A DNA stretch of 57,335 bases, from the NCBI RefSeq assembly GCF_001194135.2, contig NC_068981.1, forward strand, positions 25,097,472 to 25,154,806, written 5' to 3'. The stretch comes from Octopus bimaculoides (lineage: Eukaryota). A program made the position numbers and the translations under genes. The notes beneath the pieces are model-generated. The model saw nothing but the letters and a program-made list of their open reading frames with translations. It searched no databases and was not told where the DNA came from. Of the stretch, positions 21,072 to 33,619 are shown piece after piece; within the stretch, counting starts at the first letter, position 1; every line of letters starts with the position of its first letter.

Positions 21072-22857
21072 TAAACAAATTGTTCAATTGGAAATGAAAT
21101 AATTAACGTGGCAATTAGATATTTTACAGTAGAGATCTGAGTTTCATCGTTTCACAGTGTGATATGTTTATTGAGTGGCACTAATTCTCTAAGGTCTACT
21201 TTCATATAGTTACCACGGGTACGGAATACCAGGGTAAATTGCAAAATGTGAAAAAAAAAATGAGTGAAAATTTCTACATATAAGAATAAACCGAAACTAA
21301 AACAAAAGGAAAACTTCTACGTTGACGTATATAAACTAGTAATAATATATCACTCACTCTATCCCTCACTCACTGTCTCCCTCACTAACTCACTGTCTCC
21401 CTCATTAACTCACTCGCTCAATTGTTCAATGTCTTTCTTTCCTCGCATACACGCACGCACACATACACACACACATTTACACACAGAGGTTACTTTGACC
21501 GATTGAGTCTGTGCTTTATCTATTGTACTTCATTAAGATCTACTTTTATAACTTTTATAGTTTCATAGTGTTGTTTTGTATTCTATGCGAATCATTTCTA
21601 AACTGGCGAAGGCTTTAAGCCCCAACGATATCTGAGAGGCTAAGTTTCGATGGGCAATTTCACATCTTAATTGCTATTAACATATGTTTACGATTGTCAT
21701 TATTTTATAACTTTTTCTAAGGTACATAATGTAACTAAGAATCATACACTATAATGAATATAAAAGACTATATAATTTTATAAATATAACAGAGCAGCGT
21801 GTCGGATGAATTGATACTGCGCTGGGCAAAGTACTTAGCGGCATTTCGACGATATTTGCGATCTGAACCCAATTTCCGTCGAGGTCGACTTTCCCCTTCT
21901 ACCGTGATAAAATAAATACTAGTTTAAACCACCCGGTGTCAATATAGTTGCCGTTAGAACAGCAGAAATACTGAGTAAATTGCTCTTTGAATGCGGAAAA
22001 ATTGTCAACAACCAGTCATTGACTCGATCCTATGCCCTCAAAGCCTCCGGCTAAGTGCTTTACCAGCAAGCTAACCTGCTCGCGTCTAATTCAGCAGGTG
22101 AATTTGTCAGTGGGTGGTTTAGCTTACTAGTAAAAACTCAGTTGGAGTCTTTGAGGGATGTGGGTTCGAGTCGCATGGCTGCTCGTTTTCCGCTTGGTAA
22201 CGTTTATTAAGCGTTTATTATTTCTTGTGTTTGAAAAAACATCAACTCATTTGTATCGTACAATATGATGGCTGCAAAGAATGTGTTCAAGTATTTCCAT
22301 CGCCTGATCGAAAGTCCCACAGATAGGAAGGCTAAGGCCAACCATTTCTGTGATAGGTTTTATTTTTTTCCGAGTAATGCCTACGCATGATGATTTTCTA
22401 TAGTGGAGGAAGGATTTGCAAAAATCCAATCCCACTCACTGAACATGGACAACATAAACTCGAAAAGAAGAACTAGTCTGTATCCTTAAACATTGTCAGG
22501 TTTTCTCTCAGAATTTCCCTCTCCTAGAGAGATGTTGTGACAAGAAAAGAGGGGCTTCTCGCTTCCAGTGGGCCAACCGCACACCTGGATACCAACCCAA
22601 ATTTTTCCATCTCCGTGTGCACGCATACGTGCATACATACACATGTACACATATTGTTGGATGGCTCTTGACTGCTCATGAGCTCTTCTGCCCTTTGACA
22701 GGTCTTATTTTTCGTCTTGCAGTGTGTCCAAGAATCACCCTTCTCACCGGCCGTATGTATGTATGTATGTATGTATGTATGTATGTATGTATGTATGTAT
22801 GTATTTATGTATTTATGTATGTGTGCATGTGTGTATGTATGTATGTATGTATGTATG

Positions 22858-22911
<54 letters not shown>

Positions 22912-23216
22912 GTGAGCTAGCTAGCTAGCTATAGGTACATACAATATATAAAGTAAGAAGTGTTATATAATTAACTACATTGTATACTAATAATACTGCA
23001 TTAACTACTTGAAAATTATTTACTGTCGGGATCATTACATTATCGGTCATATTTCCGCCTGTTTATATCTATAAATTCATATTTATTCACAAAGCATTAT
23101 GTCTAAATATCGCAGGGGATTTCCGATGCTACTTAACAGATATAAATGTGTAGTAGATAAATGCTATGATTTTTTATGTCTATTATTGGGACATATGAAC
23201 ACATACTTGGATATAA

Positions 23217-23319
<103 letters not shown>

Positions 23320-24329
23320 NNNNNNNNNNNNNNNNNNNNNNNNNNNNNNNNNNNNNNNNNNNNNNNNNNNNNNNNNNNNNNNNNNNNNNNNNNNNNNNNN
23401 NNNNNNNNNNNNNNNNNNNNNNNNNNNNNNNNNNNNNNNNNNNNNNNNNNNNNNNNNNNNNNNNNNNNNNNNNNNNNNNNNNNNNNNNNNNNNNNNNNNN
23501 NNNNNNNNNNNNNNNNNNNNNNNNNNNNNNNNNNNNNNNNNNNNNNNNNNNNNNNNNNNNNNNNNNNNNNNNNNNNNNNNNNNNNNNATATATATATATA
23601 TATATGTGCGAGTAAAAGTAAATACAAAAAGGTGGGTTTTTTGTATGATTGTGTATAGAAGAATATATTATTTCATATCTTATGTGAAACAACAGCAACA
23701 ACCTTGATGGATCTGGGTTGAGGAGTATAAAAGATTACTTAGATGAATGCAGTATTTCCTGAAGACAACAGAGAAGGTCTCTTTGTGATGTCAACATGTG
23801 AGTAACAGGAAATGTTCAATGACTGTAAAGCATAGCATTTGACACTTTAGCGAGAGTTGAAGTGATATACATGTCCTTAATGAAAGATGACATATGGTTG
23901 AAAGTTTGGTGATGCTTGAGTTATTTCCCTTTCTCTTGTTATGATAAAGACATCGTTATCAAACTCTAATGTTTGAAACGACGGTTCAATATTCTAAGAG
24001 AAAATTGTCTCCCATTTCCACTGTTATACCTTCTTTCACTCTCTTAGTTTCTTGCTTTTGGTGCCAAACACTGCAATACCATTTTTCATCGCCATCATTT
24101 TTAGCAAGTCATTGAATCTTTTTATTAAAAAAAAAAAAAAGTTGTTTAAAAACATTTCAAGATAACTGACTCACACCGCGAACAGGATCTCGTTTCACAA
24201 AACACTCAAAATAGCACTTAGAACGTTAGGAAAATGGAAATCTTAGCGAAAACATACAGAGCTGAAAATCAGAGTGACTTGAAAGTTCGGCAGTAAATAT
24301 ACAACAACAACAACAACAACAACAACAAA

Positions 24330-24379
<50 letters not shown>

Positions 24380-24390
24380 GTTATAATAAT

Positions 24391-24572
24391 AATCCTTTCT
24401 ACTATAGGCACAAGGCTTGATATTTGAGGGAGGAATAAGTCGATTATAATTCATCGGGAGAGGTTAGATGATTATTATTCCTCGGCGGAGTTTTAACTCA
24501 GAATGTAGCGACGGACGAAATACCACTAAGCATTTCGTCCGGCTTGCTAACGACTCTGCCAGCTCGCCGCTT
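24391..24572 (-). mobile_element. tRNA-derived SINE family 1 (ggcggcgagctggcagaatcgttagc...)
   Basis: Reverse complement of the copies at 28875-29090 and 40045-40256. Confidence 0.85.
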
Positions 24573-24604
24573 TAAACCATTAATAATAATTATAATAACG
24601 CTCT

Positions 24605-24762
24605 GGTGCAGTACCTGCCCTGATGCAGTACGAGACAGTGGCTCTCAGGGCTTCTGATCTTAACTGATTGGAAGTGTTATCATGTTCATTGTTTTGTCTT
24701 GGTATAAAAGATGGGCTACAGCAAACATTCTGCTCAATACCACAGTTGTTTGACCTTAACCA
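24605..24762 (+). repeat. Truncated copy of the approximately 550-bp (TAA)n-associated element at 46078-46625
   Basis: gcagtac...cagtggctctca.ggcttctgatcttaa.tgattggaagtgttatcatg is the reverse complement of about 46480-46625. Confidence 0.8.
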
Positions 24763-24763
24763 C

Positions 24764-24802
<39 letters not shown>

Positions 24803-24989
24803 CAACAAAAACAACAAAAACAACAATAATAATATTTTTCGAACTAATACAGAGTAAACAATTCATAAGTTTAAAAATATCACAAAAAACATGCCCAGGG
24901 ATAAATCTATAAAAAAAAAGACGAATACAGATCTGTTAGCCTTAAGAAGCTATGTTACGTACAATGTTTTCATGCAAAGAACTCGGAGG

Positions 24990-26925
24990 CGGTGTTGTCT
25001 CAAACATTTAACCCTAAACAGATAGATCCGTCCGCTAATGTCAACGTCCAAGCTCGTCATGTCTCAATAATAACAAAGCAAAATACAAACCGTATCGGTC
25101 GTCACCTGGAACACCAAGCACCACGTAGTCGAATGATGAACCAGATTCTATTCGAAAATTCAGCTTCTGGTTAAAATCTTCCCGAAACACAAGTGATAGA
25201 AGTACCCCACTACCGGAATATTCCAACAGATGATCTTACATCTCGTCATCAAATAACCAAAGGAAAAAGAATGCAAAAATGGTCTAGGAGAGATAATAAA
25301 GTAGTTCTTAGGGCCTTCTATCATGCTATATATTTCGCCACAAATAGATATAATAATGTACAAACCTACTTAAACTGGAGGCAGAAACTCCTTGAAGTAA
25401 AGACCTACATAGATAGTAAGAAACTTGCCAATGTCAGAAGAAACATTATGAAAACGAAATTATTAACTGAACTAGAGATTGACCAAATTAAACATTCAAT
25501 AAGGGGTCAGCTAAAGAAGATATTATAGAGGAAATAATTATAGACCAGCCCAGGGCTGATGAAAATGTAATAACGATTGAAAGAGTTAATGTAACCGTTA
25601 AGCAAAGAGAAATAGTCTCTGAACCAACCATAAACACTAATGCAGATGAAAATCAAATAGATGAAGAAATTCCCATAGAAATTGACCCAAACGAACTACA
25701 TGATCTAAAAGTCAAATCATGATTGAATGGCTGAAAATTAAAGAAACCAGTATGAATGAACGCGACACTCTCCCAAAAATTCGCAATTTTAACCTAAACC
25801 TGAAATAATAAGTAAAATCCGCCTTGCATTTAAGGATATAATCTCAGCTAATGAATGTTGACATTACAGATCTCAACCACTATGCATTCGCGAAAATCTC
25901 AACGATTCTATTTAGTGGAAAGATTAGAAAACGACAACATTCCTACAAAAAGCCTACTTGGCAAGAGCGTATTCAACACCAAATTAAGCTACTTATGTCA
26001 AACATAGAATGCTTAAAAAACCTAAGTTAGACAAGACTATCAAACGAATAAAAATACGAAAATTTATGAAAACCATATTTGACATCGATACTATCATAGA
26101 AACCACCAAGCAAACGATATGTGCTAAAGCTGCCCGCATAGCTAGGTATGCAACAACCTAGCATGATTCCCTCTTGGGTAGTTAAGGGTGTAACATTCCT
26201 ATTTCCAAAAATGAAGAAACAAATGAACCAAAACGTTATAGACCTATAACCTCCTTAACAACAATGTTTAAAATGCTAACAACTGTCTTGACTGAATATA
26301 CCGAGAGTTTTTTTAATAGAAAGTAACATATTCCCTAATGAGCAAAAAGGATGTTAATGTTGGTCCTATGGTTGTAAGGATCAGCTACTCATCAATAAGA
26401 CGATCCTGGAAGATTTTCCCAAACGACGGAAAAGCTTGTCGATGCCTGCATAGACTATAAAATAGCTTTTGATAATCTACCATATAGTTAGATTAAGAAA
26501 TGTCTGGAAATGTATAAAATAGCACCTACTCTGCGAAACCTCTTGTCTGTAAGTATGAGATCATGGAGAACCACACTAATTTGAACAGTGACAGTGAATC
26601 TCTTGATGCTGGAGATGGAAGAATTTCATATGGCATTTTCGCAGGTGACGCTCTATCACTACTCCTTTTTTATCGAGCCTTAATACCTCTCTCGAAACTG
26701 CTTAATGATGTACAGTACGATTATAAAATGTTTGATAAAAATATAAATCATCTCATTTACATGGATGATTTAAAGCTGTTTGCAAAAAATGACCAACAAC
26801 TACAAGGCTTGAGCGATCGTTGAACAATTCAGTGATGACATCAGGATGCAATTCGACCTCGATAAATATGCAAAAGCTACCTTTATCAAAGGAAAAATGA
26901 CAGAAACATCCAATGTTAAGCTTGT
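24990..26925 (+). mobile_element. R4/Dong-like non-LTR retrotransposon, degenerate (N-terminal region and RT)
   Basis: Segments QKWSRRDNKVVLRAFY..IDSKKLANVRRNI; GCKDQLLINK; GIFAGDALSLLLF; INHLIYMDDLKLFAKND. Preceded by (TAA)n(CAA)n. Confidence 0.85.
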
Positions 26926-27695
26926 ACCAGTTATGTACTGGGGTCGATATAATCGGCTTATCTTCTCCCCCCAAATTTCATGCCGTTAGTATAAAGGGTT
27001 ATTTTTATTATTATTGGTAATAGGGAAAAAGAAAATATAAAAGCACAAAATCTCTTAGTCAAAAACTTTGGGTAAAGGTGATGAAATTCCGCTGTGATTT
27101 TGCTTTTTCTTCCAAGATGTAACGGTAGTAATTTACAAATTTATTTATTCTCATGCCTTTTGAGTATTGAAAGTGCAGTGCAGTCAGTTTATTTTCGGAG
27201 AATGTTTGCTTTCTGGCATTCCTCATATCCCTGGCCGTTTCCTTTAAAACGTTCGGGTTAGAACTACTGTTATTTTGGCGACATCATACCTATACACACT
27301 GAAAATGTTATTCAAATTTTCAGTGTGTATAGGTAAGACAACTTGAGTTGTGTTGGTTTTATAAATCAAGTTGTCTTTGCTGCATTCCGCTGTGTACTCC
27401 TAATGGGATTTCTTATAGGTCCCTCCTTCTGCATAAATCATAACTTTTCTGTTATAATTTGTGATGAAGTTGACTTCACTCATGTTGCATAAGGAATGGG
27501 GATGACCTCACCTACAACTGTTTCCAGGGTATAAAGTTGAGGAATTCCGATGAAATTTTTATTGGGATTAAGGGTAGTGGTTCATAGTTCTCCATTTTTA
27601 TTCAGTATAAATGCTATAATGGGTGGGTAAGGGAATATTTAAAAAATAATACGTTTCTAAATCTCTCAGAGAGATTTATGCAATAGTGGTACGAT

Positions 27696-28058
27696 GAAGT
27701 AGTTGTGTGCTGTCAACTTAAGGTGACAGTCCACTGAAGGGAATAATACTACTGTTGGTTAAACCTAGGAAGCTTCACCGCTTCCTGTCGGCTTGACACA
27801 TTTCCTGTGTCCTTATGTTTACAAGGGGGAGACAAGCGCCTCCACTCAGCTAATCCTGCATCCAGAGACATGTTTCTGAGTCTTTGCTTGTCATCAGGCT
27901 TAGCTGGATGGAGGTGCTTGTCTCCCACTTGTAAACATAAGGACACAGGAAATGTGTCAAGGCCGACAGTAAGCGGTGCAGCTTCCTAGGTCTAATCAAC
28001 AATAGTATTATTCCTTTCAGGGTACTGTCACATTAAGTTGACAGCATATAACTACTTC
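27696..28058. mobile_element. 363-bp foldback/MITE-like element, arms about 155 bp
   Basis: gaagtagttgtgtgctgtcaactt...cctaggaagct... is mirrored by ...agcttcctagg...aagttgacagcatataactacttc. Confidence 0.9.
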
Positions 28059-28356
28059 AAAGAAATATTTGTTTGAAATGAGAATATTTTTTCTGAAATA
28101 TGCTGGTGACTTTCATGAAAAGCTTTTGAAATAGCTGTGAAATTTCGGTGCCTATCAATCACTAAATGAATTGAGTCATAATTTAAAATTTGGCTGCCAG
28201 ATTAGACGTGGAAGTTTGACTTTGCTTTCTAATTTTAGCTATGTCATTTGCGACTTCCTTTAATCACGATCCATTATAATCGTGTTTGACATAATGGCGG
28301 ACAAAAGTATTTGCATGTTTCCAATAGTCCCAATTTACTTACTTAAATCGTTGAAA

Positions 28357-28712
28357 TGCGGCCCTGCTGGAGCCGCCTTGAAGGGATTAGTTGAACCATC
28401 AACCCCAGTACTATTTCGTAAGTCTGTCATTTATCCTATCGGTACTTTTCGCCGAACTGCTAAGTCATGGTAAACAAACACTGGTTATCAAGATGTGGAG
28501 GAGACAGACACAAAGACGAATAAACACATACATACATGCATGCACACAAACACACACAAATATATATAGAGTTTCCTTAGAGTTTCAATGAACAAAATTC
28601 ACGCGCAAGGCTTTCGTCGGCCCGAAGCTATTCAGAAGACACCTATCCAAGATGCCGCGCTTTGGGACTGAAATCGAAAACATGTGGTAATAAAGTGACC
28701 GTCCAAACCAAG
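28357..28712 (-). mobile_element. Older tRNA/CORE-type SINE copy
   Basis: Colinear with 17069-17411. Confidence 0.7.
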
Positions 28713-28767
28713 GAGTGATATATGCTCCTGTTTAGCAGTATTGAATGGTCTTTGAGAGAAACAGATG

Positions 28768-28798
<31 letters not shown>

Positions 28799-28874
28799 AT
28801 TCTGTTTAGAGATAGCTATCTAAATTTGAATACAATGCTTGTTTAATATAGGCAATATTATCAGAAATGTCTAA

Positions 28875-29090
28875 GGCAGCGAGCTGGCAGAATCGTTAGC
28901 ACGCCAGGCAAATGTGCTTAACGGCATTTCGTCCGTCTTTAGGTTCTGAGTTCAAATTCCTCCGAGGTCGAATTTGCCTTTCATCTTTTCGTGATCGATA
29001 AAATGAGTACCGGTTGAACACGGAGTGGGGTATAATCGACTTAACCATTCTCTTGAATTTTCGGACCTTGAGCAAAAATTTGAAACCAGT
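28875..29090 (+). mobile_element. tRNA-derived SINE family 1
   Basis: A-box-like TGGCAGAATCGTT and B-box-like GAGTTCAAATTCC; body shared with 38100-38310, 39872-40030, 40045-40256, 54250-54440, 5975-6185 and 21800-21990. Confidence 0.85.
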
Positions 29091-29305
29091 TTTATCAAAA
29101 GAGTCTCATTAATTTTCACTATGTACAATATCGAAAGACAATATCAATACACAAAATAAAATACCTGCCCCCCCGCCTAAAAATTTGAACATAATATTTT
29201 TCAGTAAAGATAACTAACGCAAGACAACTCCAGAAATGTATAATAAGAGATCCCTAAATATAAGAAAGAGTAAAAACAAGAAAGAAATTATGGTTTGTAT
29301 TATTC

Positions 29306-29311
29306 TTTATT
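29306..29311 (-). terminator. Candidate polyadenylation signal (AATAAA) of IL-17 paralog A
   Basis: First minus-strand AATAAA I found downstream of the stop codon, about 860 nt away; ATTAAA variants at about 29334 and 29379. Confidence 0.45.
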
Positions 29312-29489
29312 AATATGGAAATTTTGCAACAAATTTAATATAAATAACATATAAAAGATATACCATTTCATGGTAAAATTTAATAAAATATATTACGTAA
29401 ATATATTTATATAATTATCAAAACGTTTTATAGTATCCAAAAGATTTTAAAATTTCTATAAAAATATACAAAATAAAAAAAGTTATTAT

Positions 29490-29703
29490 AATAGTTATAA
29501 AAATAAATATTTTGTAATAAATAGTTATTAAAATAAATATTTTGTAATAAATAGTTATTAAAATAAATATTTTGTAATAAATAGTTATTAAAATAAATAT
29601 TTTATGATAAATAGTTATCAAAATAAATATTTTAGAATAAATAGTTATAATAAATAATTTATAATAAATATTTTATGACAGTTACAAAAATAAATATATA
29701 AAT
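29490..29703 (-). repeat. 30-bp minisatellite (about 5-6 copies) forming an AU-rich-element array in the putative 3'UTR
   Basis: Sense unit ACAAAAUAUUUAUUUUAAUAACUAUUUAUU. 14 AUUUA pentamers counted between 29504 and 29703, mostly as UAUUUAU. Confidence 0.8.
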
Positions 29704-29713
29704 NNNNNNNNNN

Positions 29714-29760
<47 letters not shown>

Positions 29761-30170
29761 TGGAACTGAATTGCTGTAGCGTAGTATATGTGTAGGCTTT
29801 GTCTTCTCACACTACACTGCATGTAACGAATCGTTAAGAAAGTAATATCTTGTATTATGAAATTTAGTCTTGATTTCTAGGTACTCATGGTGTATGTCCG
29901 TGAACTTATGTGAGACACAGGACTGTCAATTGTCTGAGAGTTGGCACGCGTAATGCCATCTGAAACAGCCTTGTGGCAAATTCGTTCTCGAGTTGGATTC
30001 CACGTCCACGAGTGATGTGGTGGAGTTAAAAAAAAAAGACAGATGTAGACATACATATACATATAGTGTGATATTTGTGAGTGCATACATTGTAATAACC
30101 ACATGGTGGTCTCGTTGCTCAATAACTTTCGCGTTACACGCTGATTGTGTGAAATATAGCTGTTTTACGT

Positions 30171-30692
30171 CTACTCTGCGTATTGATTTACTTCAGAAAT
30201 AACACTAACTTTTTGTGCACAAACACAGGCCGTTGCTACCTCAATCACACTTGGTTTATAAACATACATTCCGTCAATGCATTCACCTGTACGTTGGAGG
30301 ATAGCCATTTTACTATATATTGTAGTACAGTAATGATTGTGATCAGAGCTTAAACACTGTTTGCAGCGGCACACAACTTCAGTAAATGTTGGCGGAAAAT
30401 ACGTCGAGTTATGGATAATCTTCAGAGACCATGGACAAGTTGAGCGGTTACCGATGTCAGTGGATAAACCATCAGATGTAGGGTGAGTTTTATTTTCGTT
30501 GGTCAATAGTGCTTTACTACTTTCATTTGGAACCATTTCGGCGGGTAGAAAAAAGTCATTACTATTGACTTCACTGAGAAGACTTTTATAACGAGCTTGC
30601 AAGCTGGGTGGTATTTTACATTGGGTCGGAATTGATGCTGTGGATACAATCAAGAGGTAGTTGAAGAAGAGGATTACAATCTGGACGAGAAC
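30171..30692 (-). CDS. IL17: IL-17-like cytokine paralog A, exon 2 (173 codons + stop)
   Basis: Acceptor tttgtatatttacag|GTT at 30693-30694 extends the listed ORF by 13 codons. IL-17 cystine-knot pattern RSTCPW...EVVCRCKQC...C..I...ILQR..EC...VATACVC; hydrophobic signal segment; N-glycosylation sequons NES, NKT, NRS, NST. Confidence 0.95.
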   Translation of the reverse strand, partial: VLVQIVILFFNYLLIVSTASIPTQCKIPPSLQARYKSLLSEVNSNDFFLPAEMVPNESSKALLTNENKTHPTSDGLSTDIGNRSTCPWSLKIIHNSTYFPPTFTEVVCRCKQCLSSDHNHYCTTIYSKMAILQRTGECIDGMYVYKPSVIEVATACVCAQKVSVISEVNQYAE

Positions 30693-31935
30693 CTGTAAAT
30701 ATACAAAATATATTAGTCAAATAATATATAGAAAATAACGTAATATATATATTTAAAATATGTTTAGTATTTAAACGATAAAGATGTGTGCTTCAGACAA
30801 GAAAAAAACGAATGCAAGAGAAACAACACGGAGATATATTAAAGAGTGTTCTGTGAATCGACGCATTTGTAAGTATGTCTGAGGGGAGTTCGTACACTAG
30901 AGATGTCATACTATAAATATGAACAAACTGCTTAAGATTTAGACTAAACAAATGAGATTGCTTTCTTCGTCAGTTAATTTGTACGTTGACGAGGTTAAGC
31001 TATACTGTTGAAATCGTATATATGTCGATTTATTGTGAAAGATACACGGACAAACCAAATTTGTTTAATGTAAATGTTCAATATACTTATAAGTTTTCAT
31101 ATAATTCGGGGTGTATGCCATATACAGCATAAGATACTTAGTGTCAACAAATGTAAAATGGCAAATATAAAAAAGAAGACGTATTTCATAACAGTTATGT
31201 AGTGCAGAAAAGACAGCAAATACTCAATTTTGATAATACGAGAGGAAACTGCAGTAAGATTTGTTTTTAAGTGCTGCATACACTTCGCCTTACTTGCCTA
31301 ACTGGTGTGGACGGAATTCTTAAGTAATGTGCACATTAGTCGTTAAAATTTGCAAAGTTAAATGATATGAGAATTATTGAGAAGCAACGTCTGCGTGTAA
31401 GACTAGCGAATGTCAAAGTGTTTTATGTAGAGTATGAAATGCATAACTTGCAGCAACAAAAAGAAAAGACATATCAGAAGCTCAATGAGTAAAAGGAGAC
31501 TAATAGTTTTAGCAAGAACGGGAGAAAACTGAGAAAACTCATTATTTAGCAGAAAGGTTAAAATATATTTGAAAAATTCACCACGATATTATTTGTAGAT
31601 CCTATCTATATTTGCTTGTATGACGTGTATATTTTCTGTTTAAAAGTTAAGAAAGTATTAGCTTGGAATGTAAATATAAGAAAAATGCTTTGAAAATAAT
31701 ATGCTGAATACTATAGCATTCAAATATCATATGAATCTTAAACTACTAAAACTTTACAGGTGGGTACATATGCAACGATGCACAATGAAGTGGAATTGAT
31801 CTATGAGAATTTGTCAAAGTGACACTTCAAACTATTTCGTCAAAAAGTAAACATACAAACACACATATAAATAATAACATTTATAATTACATACAAAAAT
31901 ACATCAGATATTATCATTCATTTAAATTTACTTAC

Positions 31936-31947
31936 TTTTGTTATCAT
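31936..31947 (-). CDS. IL17: IL-17-like paralog A, coding part of exon 1 (MITK)
   Basis: ATG ATA ACA AAA|GTAAGT, a perfect donor in phase 0, matching the exon-2 acceptor. Gives a 177-aa precursor MITKVLVQIVILFFNYLLIVSTA-SIP... with a 1243-bp intron. Confidence 0.88.
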
Positions 31948-32029
31948 TATACTGAGTTAACTTGGAAATGTGATTATAAACTATTTTGCTACTGAGCCCA
32001 GAGTGTGTAATCGATGTGACCAAATTTTG

Positions 32030-32185
32030 ATAATGATTCTTAGTTGCCTGGGTTTACTTATATATAATATTTAATACCGGTAATGCAATTTCCGCGTAAA
32101 CACCAGGGGAATAAATAATTTTTATTGATACAACCACACGGAACTAATATGAATACGGAAATTTCCATAAGCGGTGACGTTAATA
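32030..32185 (-). promoter_or_regulatory. Paralog A promoter: Inr-like TCATTA (A at 32034), TATATATAAG (32066-32057), palindromic kappaB site GGAAATTTCC (32157-32166), CRE-like TGACGT (32175-32180)
   Basis: Motifs read directly; TATA-to-Inr spacing is 30-32 nt; the same motif order occurs in modules b-d. Confidence 0.75.
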
Positions 32186-33619
32186 TAACACTTATCGAAA
32201 ATTGGCTTCTGTTGCCCTATATTATTATTATTCAGTACAATGCGTAGGATGGAACTCAAGTAAGCAGGACATGTTCACATCTATGTACCATTTTCATAAA
32301 TACACAACCAATGTGGGGATGATAAGTGTCATTATTCGTTGATGGTGCTGATTGTTCTAACTATACTTGAAGTTCAAATGTAGTTGAAGTAGAAGGCTTC
32401 ATTTAGAATTGCTTTAAATTTGGAATTTTGGGGAAGGACTTGACCTTGATAATTGTTTGCGTGTTTGTTTTGTGGAATTATATGCATTCCATTTGAGCTT
32501 TCTCTGGAACTTGCAAATAGTGTTCCTGTTGTCAATGACAATTTACATACACTCTTTCTGTACTTTAACGGGTTTTATTTTTACACTTTCATGTCTAATG
32601 TTATTGTTTTATCTATTTGTAAAATAACCCTTTACCGGCATTGTGTATCATTGCGTTCATATATTATACATGATACATATTCCTAATTTTTTTTCTACGA
32701 CTAGATTAAATTAAGAGTTATGAAAGGGAAGTTTGATATTACTCAAAAATTCTAAAAAGACGTAGGAACATTTAGGACAAACTTATGAAAATGCTTTGGA
32801 AAGTTAAAGGGTTAAAAAATTATTTATATTCGCATAATGATATCTTAAACTTATAAAGCAACAACGTTGCCTTATAGATTAGCTTTACATTTCAAAGAAA
32901 AAAAATTAATAAATTATCTGCAAATGATCGTTGATACATCTTTCAAATGATATTATTTTACAGACTTTTCTAATTTAAATTACGCAACCCTCAATATAAC
33001 AAAAAGTAAATTTCTTAGTAAAAGGTTTCTTCCTATTAGAGAAATTCCTAAAGATATTTTTGAACTAGCTTTATTCTCTCTCATGCGTAATGTAATTTTG
33101 CATTTCTCATAGTTAATTTACTTCGACTATCAGGTGATTTATTTACGTGTTTATATATATATTTGTCTTGTAATTATTAGGAGACCTCGGCGGTACTGGT
33201 GCCACGTAAAAAGCATCTACTATAATCTGTAAACTGGTTGGCTTTAGGAAGGACATCCAGTGGTAGAAACCACCCCAAAGCAATCACTAATGCTTAGTAG
33301 TGTCTTCTAACTTGCCAGTCGCTGTCAAACCATTCAACCCATGTCAGAATGGAAGGAGGATTTTAAGTGATGATAATGATGATGGTAATTTGTATATCTA
33401 TGTGAGTATATGTCTGTGTGTGTATTTATATGTATTTTCATATATGTATGTATATGCTTAAATATATATTGTATAGCTATCTATGTGCACACAAACACAC
33501 ACACAAACACACACACAAATGTTAGCTATAAACTTATCTGAAAGTATATAAATATATGAAAGTACATTATTTACTTTATTTACAATTGACGGATATTTGT
33601 CCTCATCTTGTTTGTTGTT

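Noticed and set aside
22200-22620. Protein-like frames in block U (e.g. 22247-22435, 6313-6543, 12136-12432)
   Set aside because: Stops and frames differ between the three copies and I recognise no domain; it may be an old TE fragment, and a blastx would be needed.
29361-29375. 6-bp hairpin UACCAU-GAA-AUGGUA in the 3'UTR as a Roquin/Regnase element
   Set aside because: The loop is GAA, not the pyrimidine-purine-pyrimidine triloop of constitutive decay elements.
29490-29703. CRISPR-like array (30-bp repeats)
   Set aside because: The units are directly adjacent with no unique spacers; eukaryotic context; no cas genes.
31097-31279. Hydrophobic 60-aa ORF
   Set aside because: It lies inside the IL-17 A intron; AT-rich chance ORF with no splice support.
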